Source of the DNA: Octopus sinensis
Taxonomy: Eukaryota
DNA length: 35,768 bases
Assembly: GCF_006345805.1 (NCBI RefSeq)
Contig: NW_021823578.1
Location: 1-35,768, forward strand
Direction of reading: 5' to 3'
Part shown: positions 23,321 through 33,611 of the stretch, one piece after another
Layout of the letters: every line of letters starts with the position of its first letter
Numbering within the stretch: position 1 is the stretch's first letter
Notes under the pieces: generated by a model
The model's input: only the letters and a program-made list of their open reading frames with translations
The model's database searches: none
What the model was told of the DNA's origin: nothing
Translations under genes and position numbers: made by a program

Positions 23321-23799
23321 TAAAACACCACGTTTGTGAGCTCATTGAATTATTTATCCAATTTAATAATAGATTCTTTTTGTCTTATTTAATACAAAAA
23401 TATCAAATTTATTGTTTTACACAATGATGATACTAATTATTTTGGTATGTACCGTATCTCAACAAATTCATTAGCTACTGTACATTATGACAAAGTGTGT
23501 CGTGAGGCTCTTTAATTTCTTAAATACTTGTTGTCTACAAACACTAATGTGAATGCATTTAACGACTATTTATTCCCAAGTAAGCATGGTTGAGTATTTG
23601 TTCACATTTTGTATCTATACCATTTCAAATTTAATGTGGGTTTCACCAAAAACAAAATGGGTCTTGCCAAAAAATCAATAGAATATGACCTACATAGTTT
23701 GACATTCAATTAACAACGAAAATAATTTATTATAAAAAGGGTTTTAATTAAAAGATGGTATCTTCCAAAAGATGTTGTGTCAGTATAGTCTTAATTTTT

Positions 23800-25130
23800 A
23801 GGCTACGTGAAAAATGACAGTGAATATAAAAATCTTCTAAATGTAGTATTTCAAAAACCCGTACAAACTACATCTAAATCCGAAAAATACAAACTTATAA
23901 AAAGCGAATCAATTTGTGAATATTGATAATCGATATTTTCAATTCCTAATTTATAGTCTTTATCTAAAAGACGATAAACACCAAAAACGCAAATTGGTTA
24001 ACTCTTGGAAAATTAATGGAGATGAAAACACTGGCATTCGTTATTTACCAAGAATGCCACTGGGGAATACTAAAGATTCATAAGAAATACAGTGAATTTT
24101 ATTTTACTATGAAACGCCCTATTATCGAACAAATTATAAAAGACTGCGAACTTTGTAAACTTGCTTGGCCTTTAAAAGTATTTTTGAATATACTTAGGTA
24201 TCCGATTCTAATTACCATGTAACAGCAAGAAGTCCAAATGAAAGATTCCAAGCGTTTCTGCAAATCTTTAAAAAATTAATCTGTTTTGGTGAAACTTAAC
24301 ATTTACTCCAAAAAGCTTTGGATAAAATAAAAAAAAATTTTAAATTGGATATTGTCAAATTTTAAAAACGAACAATGGATTGAAATTCAAAAATCAACTG
24401 AGGATAAACTATGCAAAAAAATAAAATCACACGTATGAAAAATCAAACCAACCCCAGTAACAACTTTATAAAATTTGAAATAAATTAGGGTGTAATTGAG
24501 CGTTTTAATAAAACATTGATACGGGTATGGCAAAACTGATGGATAAAGAAGGAACTAAAAATGATGGATAAAGAAGAAACAATTTTTAGACAGTTACTTT
24601 TTCCTATAATACGACACACCACTCGGAGATCAATGAGACCCCCTTCAAATAGTTTGAGGTATTTCTGGAATTAACAGTGTGATTCATAAAATACCAGGTT
24701 ATAATCTCATTTATAATTTAGATAAAAATAGTGAGGCCTCGTTTGTCGAAGATGAACTTGATGGTAAATTTACGATGTATTTATTTTTAGAAACGAATAA
24801 TAAAATTTTTGATTTTACTCCTCCAGACATGAATTCATCTAATTTAAAAGAATGGATAAAAAACTGGGAGTACACAGGTCAAAATATAATTCTGAAATAG
24901 GGAATGAAGATTATTGAATAATAACATTTAGATTGAATTACGAAATGAAACAAACATAGTAACTATGAATAGAGTTAAAAAAATGTGAACAATAAAACAA
25001 TGAACAACAACAAAAAAATCATGTTTTCACACTATAAAGTCATTGCCAGAAAAAAAATGTTAAAAATTTGGCTTCTCAATTTGATAAACATTTTAAGCAG
25101 CGATTATCTCAAGAGATACAATAAAGTTGC
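23800..25130 (+). mobile_element. Decayed Ginger2-like integrase element; termini not identified
   Basis: ECHWGILKIH...RPIIEQIIKDCELCK; HVTARSPNERFQ; LKTNNGLKFKN; GVIERFNKTL; YNTTHH. Confidence 0.8.
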
Positions 25131-25287
25131 AAGAGATTGGTTACTATTAAACGCATTGTATTTTCTGATGTTTCGATAGTCATATATTTGTTCTTTCAGA
25201 CTGTTTGCGGGAGTTTTGCATTCAATTAATTTCTTTCATAATTTATTAGTTATTAAAAATCAAGACTTAGAAATTCTTGTTCTATTA

Positions 25288-26069
25288 TGTCGCGAGCGCA
25301 GCGAGCGACCGAGCGCAGCGAGCGACCACTCAATTTCTAGATCCGATCAATCAAAAAATCTATAAATTGACAAATACCCAGGCTTGTATTTGGGATTAAA
25401 TATATTCGATAACAAAAATTAAAATCGATGCCAAAGCAGAATGAGCTTTAAAACCGATTTCATAAATAAAAATAATATTTTAAAATTTATAATTGATATT
25501 TTAGAATAATGAGAAAAAATCTAAATGCTTCATAATTTATAAAAATGTCAAAACAAGAATCTTCTGAAGGAGCAAGCCTGTCTGCACAGTTCATTTTTGA
25601 TTAGAAGACCTAATTTTAGAGATTAAAACGAAAAAATAGCAATGAGGAGATCTGTCAATTATTACCCCCCTCACAACCTAAACCAAATTAGCGTTCAGTA
25701 TTCATTGATTTTACTTTTCTATTAAGGTCTACTTATAAATTATTTTATGGGATTCAATGGAAAACTTAAGTTATTTCAATTTTAATTTTAAATCATGTTA
25801 AAATTTTAAATAATTTAATAAATATATTTGTTGATGATAGGCTTGTTAGGTGTCAAAGTCGCGTCTAGCGCTCGGTCGCGCGCTGCGCTCGCGACATATG
25901 TAATCAAGTTTGATGCTGGTTCATAAAATTCATAAGTCGCAAATCCAAACGTCACAAAAAACGCCAAAACATGTAAATAATGAAACTAAAAATTAAATAA
26001 TTTAATAAATATATTTGTTGATGATAGGCTTGTTAGGTGTCAGGTGTTAGGTGCGCTGCGCTCGCGACA
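25288..26069. mobile_element. Non-autonomous Ginger-type element (MITE-like) with GC-rich TIRs, a duplicated right end and 5-bp TSD TATTA
   Basis: Left end tgtcgcgagcgcagcg...; right ends cgctgcgctcgcgaca finishing at 25896 and 26069; tatta at 25283-25287 and 26070-26074. Confidence 0.85.
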
Positions 26070-26419
26070 TATTATTTTATGATAAGATATTCGAATAGAA
26101 TGTGTGCCGTAAGGAGTTTATTTTGTTTAGGCTAAAACTAACTAAAGCAAAGGCCTGGTAGCATGCGATTACGTACAGCGACACCGAGATTAATTAAGAG
26201 CTTTTCAAAAATATTAACATATAATATAAAATAAAATTTGATTACAGACACTATGAACAAAGATCCCTATTTATTAACGATATGCCGCATGCTACACTCC
26301 TGGTAACTCCTTTTCTTTAATTTTTTTTAAGTTTCAGCTTTGTTCATTTTCCCTCGGAATCTAACGACTTTGTTTCCAGGAATCATTTGCTAATGTATCC
26401 CAATAATATCCGCAAATTG

Positions 26420-27070
26420 CTAGTTGGCATTGTTTATAGTTAGGACTACAAAAATCAATTTCAAATATTTGTTCAAAAAATGTATAATCAAGTTTGATGC
26501 TGGTTCATAAAATTCATAAGTCGCAAATCCAAACGTCACAAAAAACGCCAAAACATGTAAATAATGAAACTAAAAATTTAATCTCATACATACTTTATAA
26601 TGAAGAAGCATATACCAATAGAAATCCGTGAATATATCTGACGAAAAATGACATCTATATTTAACATCAAAGAACCGCTGTATTTTACTACGTAAGGTAC
26701 AAATAAAGATTATACAACTGGTATATCCGGCGATAGCCCCTCCAATATATTCATTGAAGTACACTTTTTGAGCGTTTTGTACTCGAAAATAGCCCTGGCA
26801 AAACATATATACACAGTCCTAGCCAAATTCCATACAAAGAATTTTTTCAATTTTTAAAATTTTTATTTTAATCAATTAGTTATTTTTCAACATATTGAGA
26901 ATTACTCTTTTACTTATAAAAAGATACTTCCCAATATACCTACAATAGTATTTTTGATATATTTATCATATAGCCGATGCATCTACATCTTACTTGGAAG
27001 TTTTTCGACAGCGATGTAATGGTCGGAGGCGCCAGAATTGCGTTTAGGACTATCTGGAAAATAATGAATT
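26420..27070 (-). pseudogene. Possible fragment of an uncharacterised, intron-containing membrane-protein gene
   Basis: A 24-nt GT-AG intron joins ...FYWYMLLHYK/FHYLHVLAFFVTFGFATYEFYEP...; upstream frames are broken and the family is not recognised. Confidence 0.3.
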
Positions 27071-27176
27071 CAGAAAACAAAATTGGTGTCAATATTCGAA
27101 TATAATGAATCTCCTTAATCTAATTAACCTCACTAATAATTCTGTTTTTTGATTTTGATTAATCCTCTTTTTCTTA

Positions 27177-27460
27177 TCTTAATAATAAAATGGTATAGTG
27201 TCTGTCTGTGTGAGCACACCAACTTCAAATTAGCAAACTACTGATAAATTCTAAAAATCCTTCCCTCTTATAATTCGCCAATAATGGGTAACAAGTCTAA
27301 AATGATGATGTCCTTCAAAAATCTTCTACCCAAAAAACTTACATATCAAGAATTTCGTCGATGATGAGGTTCTTAATACTTTCTCACCAAAAAAAATTAA
27401 AGAATATATTTTCTGGATTTTGATTAAAATAAACAACACATGTACTTGACTCACATGATG
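27177..27460 (+). mobile_element. 5' end of a second copy of the Helitron family at 32523-35448
   Basis: A|TCTTAATAATAAAATGGTAT.GTGTCTGTCTG..GCACACCAACTTCAAATT matches the reverse complement of 35448-35358. It carries one degenerate ~95-bp unit at ~27360-27460. Confidence 0.85.
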
Positions 27461-27464
27461 ATCC

Positions 27465-28160
27465 ATCACGCAGGCATAAAATTGGCCAACCCTCAGAATG
27501 CCCCTTGAAAAAATTGCATTTAAAATATGTCACAGAAATGTAAAATATCTGCTCTTTTGGGGACTGATAAAAAGTAATGGAGAAAAAGCAAGGACTTGAT
27601 AATTTGTGCGGGGAAGAGTATCTTCTTCAGAATGACGGAGCGACCTGTCATATATCAAAGTCAACAAAAGAGTATCTCACTAAAAATAATAAAAATCTCT
27701 TGGGCTCACAAACGTTGTGCCTTATCAGAATACCTCACTAAAAATAATAAAAAAAATAGAATGAGAAACGTCATTGCGTCCTCAATTCAGGGATTATGGA
27801 GTGAGATAAAAAATGCATGGAATAACATCGAAAAAGATGTCATTGTATGACTTTTTGAATTCATTCCGGAAAGAATTTCTTTAGTAGTAAGGAATTAATG
27901 CGGAACTACAAAATATTGACTTATTAAATAAAATTAGATTAATTTTTTGCTTTTTTAAAAGAGTGCCTCAACATATGGACGGATTGTTTTTTCCATTTTC
28001 TAAATTGCCAGAAATATTCCATTGACGTCTTTATAATTGTTACAAACTGATCAATCTTAGTCAAAAAATTATTTTATTTCTTTAGACTTTTTGAAATTTT
28101 GCCACAAATATGGATTTTTAGTCAAAAAATACAGTGCCTCCAACATTAGGCTGGGACTGT
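27465..28160 (+). mobile_element. Tc1-like transposon, 3' half, decayed
   Basis: YLLQNDGATCHISKSTKEYL; LWSEIKNAWNNIEKD..IPERISLV..GTTKY*. Terminal-type repeats agtgcctc(c)aacat at ~27962 and ~28132. Confidence 0.8.
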
Positions 28161-28437
28161 TACAAATAACTAAAATAAGCTAAAGATTGTTAGGAATTGT
28201 TGCGTATTGGTGGTCTTGACAATATTTTCTTGAATGACATTAGAAATACCATAACTAACAAACCCAAAAAAGCAAAAACAAGTTCAGAAAAAATTTAAAA
28301 CCTAAAAAATATTTGTGTATCAAAAAACCTGAATATCCAAATAATAAAATGTCCCCGTCAAAAAAACAACTCGAACCAAAAAAGACAGCAATTATACAAA
28401 TTTCATGTACAATGTTATATTTAACTTTGAGTAGTGC

Positions 28438-28583
28438 AGAACAGATTATAAACACAGTGACAATGATAAGCGGGTCTATAAACTAGAATATAGAAATAAC
28501 CGCTGAGTAAAGCCTTCACTGCCAAATTAGAACAAATGTAGAACAGATTATAATGTAGAACGGATTATAAACACAGTGACAAT
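28438..28583. repeat. Local short duplications (agaac.gattataa x3; acacagtgacaat x2)
   Basis: Direct repeats at ~28439, ~28539 and ~28557. Confidence 0.6.
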
Positions 28584-29215
28584 AAGATTTTTGTCTCACA
28601 CCATTTAAAGTGAGTTCAACTTTGCTTTTGGTAAGACCCTGTTTAAATCTGAAATGGTATAAATAATCAGCTCTTTTCCTCGCTAAGTTTCACTGTGTAC
28701 TTCGTCTTGGGAGTATCGAAGAATAAACATTGATTATTTTTTGTATATTAAAACAAAATTGAATTTGTGGCTTTGTTAGATATTTTAGATTATCTCGACT
28801 ACTCATTAATATAATCAATGCTGTATACTAAATTACAATTTTCTATCAACTTGAGTTTATTTAATAAAAACTGGTAAAGTTAAATATAAACCTAAATTTG
28901 TTTACAGCTTCGATTTTTTTACCAAACACGTGATGTGAATAAAAATCTATAATGAAAAACCTTTAAAAAACAAAATAACATTATTACTTTTTTGAATGAC
29001 ATTCACAGAAGTCAAAAAACTTATGTTATTGTAAGCTTTGCTAATACTAAATCAATCAGATGAGTCATCTGAATCAATAAAATTTGTTTTACTAGATTTT
29101 TTTTATAATCAAATTAAGTATATAAAGACCAAATAAAGTTTTAATTAATTAGTATGACCCTAGGATAGCGTGTGAATTTCCGCGGACAAATTATTAAGGG
29201 AACTAATTAACAGAC

Positions 29216-29577
29216 AGCTCGTTTGGGACGTCACCTGTTCCGACTCTTTCGCCAAGGGTGCCTTAAATGCTACGGCTTGTCGACCCGGTTCGTCGGCCGA
29301 ATTCGCAAAACTAACGAAATATGAGGATTTACTCGATCGATTTTGCTTTTGGGCAATTGCCGTCGAAACTTCCTGTGTTTTTGGGGCCAAGACGCTTGCT
29401 CGTCTCAAGAAACTTGGCCGCTTGTGCACCCACCGCTCCAGAGATCCGAGGGAATTTATATTCCTGATTCAGAGGATCTCGCTGGCTGTTTTACACGGGA
29501 ATTGTCTTTCAATCCTGCGAGCCAGTTCATAGTAGCTAGTTTTTTTTTTGATGATTTCTTATCCCTTGAATGTTCTC
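29216..29577 (+). mobile_element. 5'-truncated CRE-like RLE retrotransposon; 10-bp TSD
   Basis: LVWDVTCSDSF..KLTKYEDLLDRFCFWAIAVETSCVFG..FLIQRISLAVLHGNCLSILRAS; attaacagac at 29206-29215 and 29578-29587. Confidence 0.9.
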
Positions 29578-29760
29578 ATTAACAGACTAAGTTATTACTT
29601 GTAATTTATATCAAAACGATTTCAATTAGACGGGGAAGCCAAAACGGCTGTGCCATAGATAACCTATTAAACTTTTCAAAGTTAAATTTTTAATGTGTAA
29701 AAAATTAATTTAACATATTTCACAAAATACAATTCCAAATTTATTAAAATAGATAAATAA

Positions 29761-30855
29761 TCAATTCCAAATTTTGACGTTAGAATCCCATGAAGTTGAA
29801 GCCAACGAATCTCCCAAAGGCGAGACTTTAACACCAGTAATTCTACTTGAATGACCCGACAATGATGCTAAAAATCCCTTATTACAAAAAACCAATAAAT
29901 TTCATTTTGAGGACATCAAAACAATATATGTTCGAATCATTCGACCCTGCAAATACCACTCTCCCAGAAGTAGAAAAATCAAGACAAGTGAATGGCATAT
30001 TATTATAAAAATATGTCCCAATCCTCTGTACATTCCGCACATCAAATAACCCAATTGTCATATCATCAGAAGCAGTGCCAAACACAACTCCATTTGGAAA
30101 AAACTAAAATAAACCAAAAACAAAAACCTTTGCACAATTGACGTCATCTTTATGGGACTCAAATGTCAATTGTGCCTCCGGGGTACGGTAGTCCCAGAGC
30201 TTTAAAGTAATAAATAAAAATAATACTTTAATATTCGTATCGAGAGAACAAGTTATGAAATAATTAAACTCCTTTTGAATAGAAAATGAATTAATATCCA
30301 TCGAATGTCCACAAAATTGCATTTTCTTAGAACCAGTGTTGACATCCCACAAAATACTGAAAAATCAAAAATTATCGTTTACCAAGTAGAATCTCCAGAA
30401 CTCGATAAAATACTTTCATAACTAAAAAATTCGACTTTTGAAACATAGCCTTGGTGTTCGTTCATTTCACATTGAGAGGAATATTTATCCGTTTCTTTGT
30501 TGAAACTTTAAAGTATATTTTGATAGACAAACTTATAAATTGTGACAATATTATCTAGTCCGCCACATACTACTGAAGAGTCGTCCTTGTTGAAGGCACA
30601 ACTCATCGTCCATTTAGACATAGAGGCTATGACATGTATTTTCATTCCATTTAGTGTATCCCATATTATAATACTCCCATCTTGAGCTACTGATATTAGT
30701 TTATTTCTATATTATGCAGTGTTTTTAATACTTTTCAAATATAGACCAATTACAATCATAAACTTTAGATAAATGGCCGCTTAGATTGCGTCGGAGACTT
30801 ACTTTGAAGTTAAATATATCTTCCACATCAAAACAATATCTTCCAAACATTGAAT
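29761..30855 (-). CDS. GNB: Heterotrimeric G-protein beta subunit (7 WD40), divergent; 6 introns (25, 27, 26, 27, 24, 25 nt); N-terminal exon not located
   Basis: LRRNLSGHLSKVYDCNW; LISVAQDGSIIIWD; WTMSCAF; CGGLDNIVTIY; HQGYVS; SSSGDSTCILWD; FESHKDDVN..FFPNG; TASDD; DFSTSGRVVFAG; LSGHSSRIT; TSWDSNVKIWN*. Confidence 0.92.
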
Positions 30856-31084
30856 CTGAAAAATAATATTAATTTATTGAATAACTTTAGCATTAAATTT
30901 TGGTTTTATAGACATCAATTAATGTAAACACTAAAGTCACGAGACAACTAGAAACTAATTAACGATCCGCATAATTTATTAGATTGAATAAATATTTACT
31001 AAATTATATTTCCAATATCTTATTTTAAAAATAAGATTTAATTTTTTGAGTAATTAGAAATTGAATTTTGCTATATTGAAAAAT

Positions 31085-32407
31085 TATTATATTATTATAG
31101 CACATTCCGTAGGGACATAAACAGAAAAGAGTTATATTCCTACACCTACCACACACGACCTTCTGTACCAACGATTTCCAGCTTCCGCGGTTTTGGGCCA
31201 GTATCCGAAGTTCGTCGAGATCATCACAGGTCTTCAGGGTTTTCTTTAAAAGCCTCAAGTCGTCTTTCAGAACAACCGGTAGGGTTTTACGTTATCTGAT
31301 AGGAAGTATTCTTCCAAGAAGTGCTGACTCGGCAGAAGCTGGTATTTGCTGTGGCACAGTAACCTTTATTGGACGACACCGAGAGGATATAGAAACCTTC
31401 CAGGAACAATATTAGCCAACTTCTGTAAAACCCTTTGACTTTTCTTATGCAACACGGCTTTTCAACATTCTGCTCGGCATAAATCAACCTAGACGGGAAG
31501 TCGACATGACAAAAATAAGAATTGCGTGCCTATCTATACCAAATTGACTACATCTGCCGACAAACAGATTTATGTCTTCTATTGGACTTTCGCTCTTATG
31601 GGGGATCACTCTTTGACAGCGACCACTTGGTGGTTGTCAGCAGATTCAGTCTGCAGAAATCATACTTGCTGAAAAAATCAAATCATCGAATGACTCATAC
31701 ACCGGGCAGATACCTGACGGAAAAACTGGTCTTTTCACTATCAACTCGAAACATCTACAAAGAATCACTAAAAAATATGAGACCTGGACTAATGCCGACT
31801 GCCGTCTGGAATGCTATGTGTAGTGGCATCCATCAGGCCGCAGATAAATGTGTTGGAAAACATCCAAAGAACAAGAACACTACCAGACTATGACATCCGG
31901 ATTTTTTTGCCCTATATCGGCTGAACAAAAAGAGATCATGTTGACGATTGAGAACACTACGGATCCGGATACCAAACATGCACCGAAAGCCCGACGAGCA
32001 ATTATTTAGAAACAAATAAAGAGACTGAATCTACAATACGGTCGGTTTATATTATGCAATGTTACTGATACTACTGACAAATACGGAACTTACTGTCCGT
32101 CTTGGGAGGATTTTGTCCAGACCATTCTTAACAAATGTGGGAACTCCTTAGGGTGACTCCTTTTCACCACTGCTCTTCGTATTTACCTTGAAGCTGTCCT
32201 ACGAGAGCTGAGAAGCCTATACGGGGAGTCAATCACCGAAATTATCTACGCGCTCAGACACTTCCCTGAACTGCCTACACTGGCCGAAGAAAATCAGAAA
32301 CCCGACTATTTACAAGATCAGCAACCAATGGTCGCTGGAGGCTATTTGAACACATCTTTAGGATGGATCCAACTTCACCTTCCTACGTGACCATGGAAGA
32401 ATACTTC
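31085..32407. mobile_element. RTE-like LINE insertion with inverted 5' part: 3' end and tail on - (31316-31085); APE/RT remnants on + (31317-32407)
   Basis: Minus strand: EEYF..LPVVLKDDLRLLKKTLKTCDDLDELR and ccctacggaatgtgctataataa. Plus strand: FLCNTAFQHSARHKST, QIDYI, DSDH, GDSFSPLLF, RWRLFEHIFRM..MEEYF. Confidence 0.88.
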
Positions 32408-32917
32408 TTAATGAAAAAATTATAACCATAAAAAAACAAATTACAAAATTTTAAATAAAATTATTTAATTTAATTTTTTAATAAATATAAAAAAGATAAA
32501 AATTTTAAATATTTATCAATAACTAGCTCGGCAGCTCGCTTCGCTCACCGCGACCTAGCTCCTGCGGAGGGCCTGTTTCATCAAACAACTATAAGTTTAT
32601 GTAGATGTATAAAACTACCTGGTTTAATGTAACCCTATTCTATCGCCTGTTGATAAACGATGTTTGTCGTCCGTCCTTCCTTGGCATATATGAATAAATT
32701 TTCTCTTCTGCCTACCCTCGAGCATCCCACATACAGCTGTCCATGTGAAAAGCACTCACTCTAAAAATAACCCAACTACCTTTAATGACTGTCCCTGGGC
32801 CTTGTTTATTGTCATTGCAAACTTTTTTTTTCATTTTTTGTGGTTTATTTTTTTTTAAATTTAATTTTTTCATTTTTCCTTTGTAATTTCCTTTTTTTTC
32901 TTTTTATATTTTTTACT

Positions 32918-33002
32918 GGCGGAAATGGGGCAGGGGGAGATGCGGCAGGCGGAAATGCGGCAGGCAAGAAAGCGACACACAAAAAAGCGACACACAAAAA
33001 AG
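32918..33002. repeat. 15-bp-period GC-rich array, ~5.6 progressively diverging units
   Basis: gcggaaatggggcag ggggagatgcggcag gcggaaatgcggcag gcaagaaagcgacac acaaaaaagcgacac acaaaaaag. Confidence 0.75.
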
Positions 33003-33196
33003 ATTTAATTAATTACCTTATTAAGCTGACCGTTTTTTCTTCAGCTTCGTTTTTCCTCCTTCGGTTATCTATTTAAAAAATTATTTTTGAATAATAAAAA
33101 AGTTTAGGAAAAGAGGCATACCGAAAATAAATTCTATCTTTACGAAAAACTCAAGTAAATAGTTAATATTTTTACGCAAATTCTTCTGATTGCGCT

Positions 33197-33401
33197 GTCA
33201 ATTGGTGGTAAATTGTGTTAATGGTTGTGCTAATGTGGTTTCAACTATCAAAGTGTTTTTCAAAATCTGTTAATTGCACACTCTATTCAAGGTCGTGCGT
33301 CAATTGGTGGTAAATTGTGTTAATGATTGTGCTAATGTGGTTTCAACTATCAAAGTGGTTTTTCAAAATCTGTTAATTGCACACTCTATTCAAAGTCGTG
33401 C
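33197..33401. repeat. Tandem duplication of a ~102-bp unit inside the Helitron
   Basis: gtcaattggtggtaaattgtgttaat starts at 33197 and 33299; the copies are near identical. Confidence 0.9.
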
Positions 33402-33611
33402 AATCTGTGATTGCACATTCTGTCAAAGTCAAATATGATAATAGCTTTAATTTTGATTCATGGTCGATAATGATATATGCATTTAATTTTAAAGAGAAAA
33501 ACATAGGATGAATTGAATTTCTTTATCGCGAATAATTGGGAGTTCATCATTGTTAATATTCTCGCTGTCGTTTTCATCAAGGATATTCTTAATACGTGAG
33601 ATTTTTGCCTT

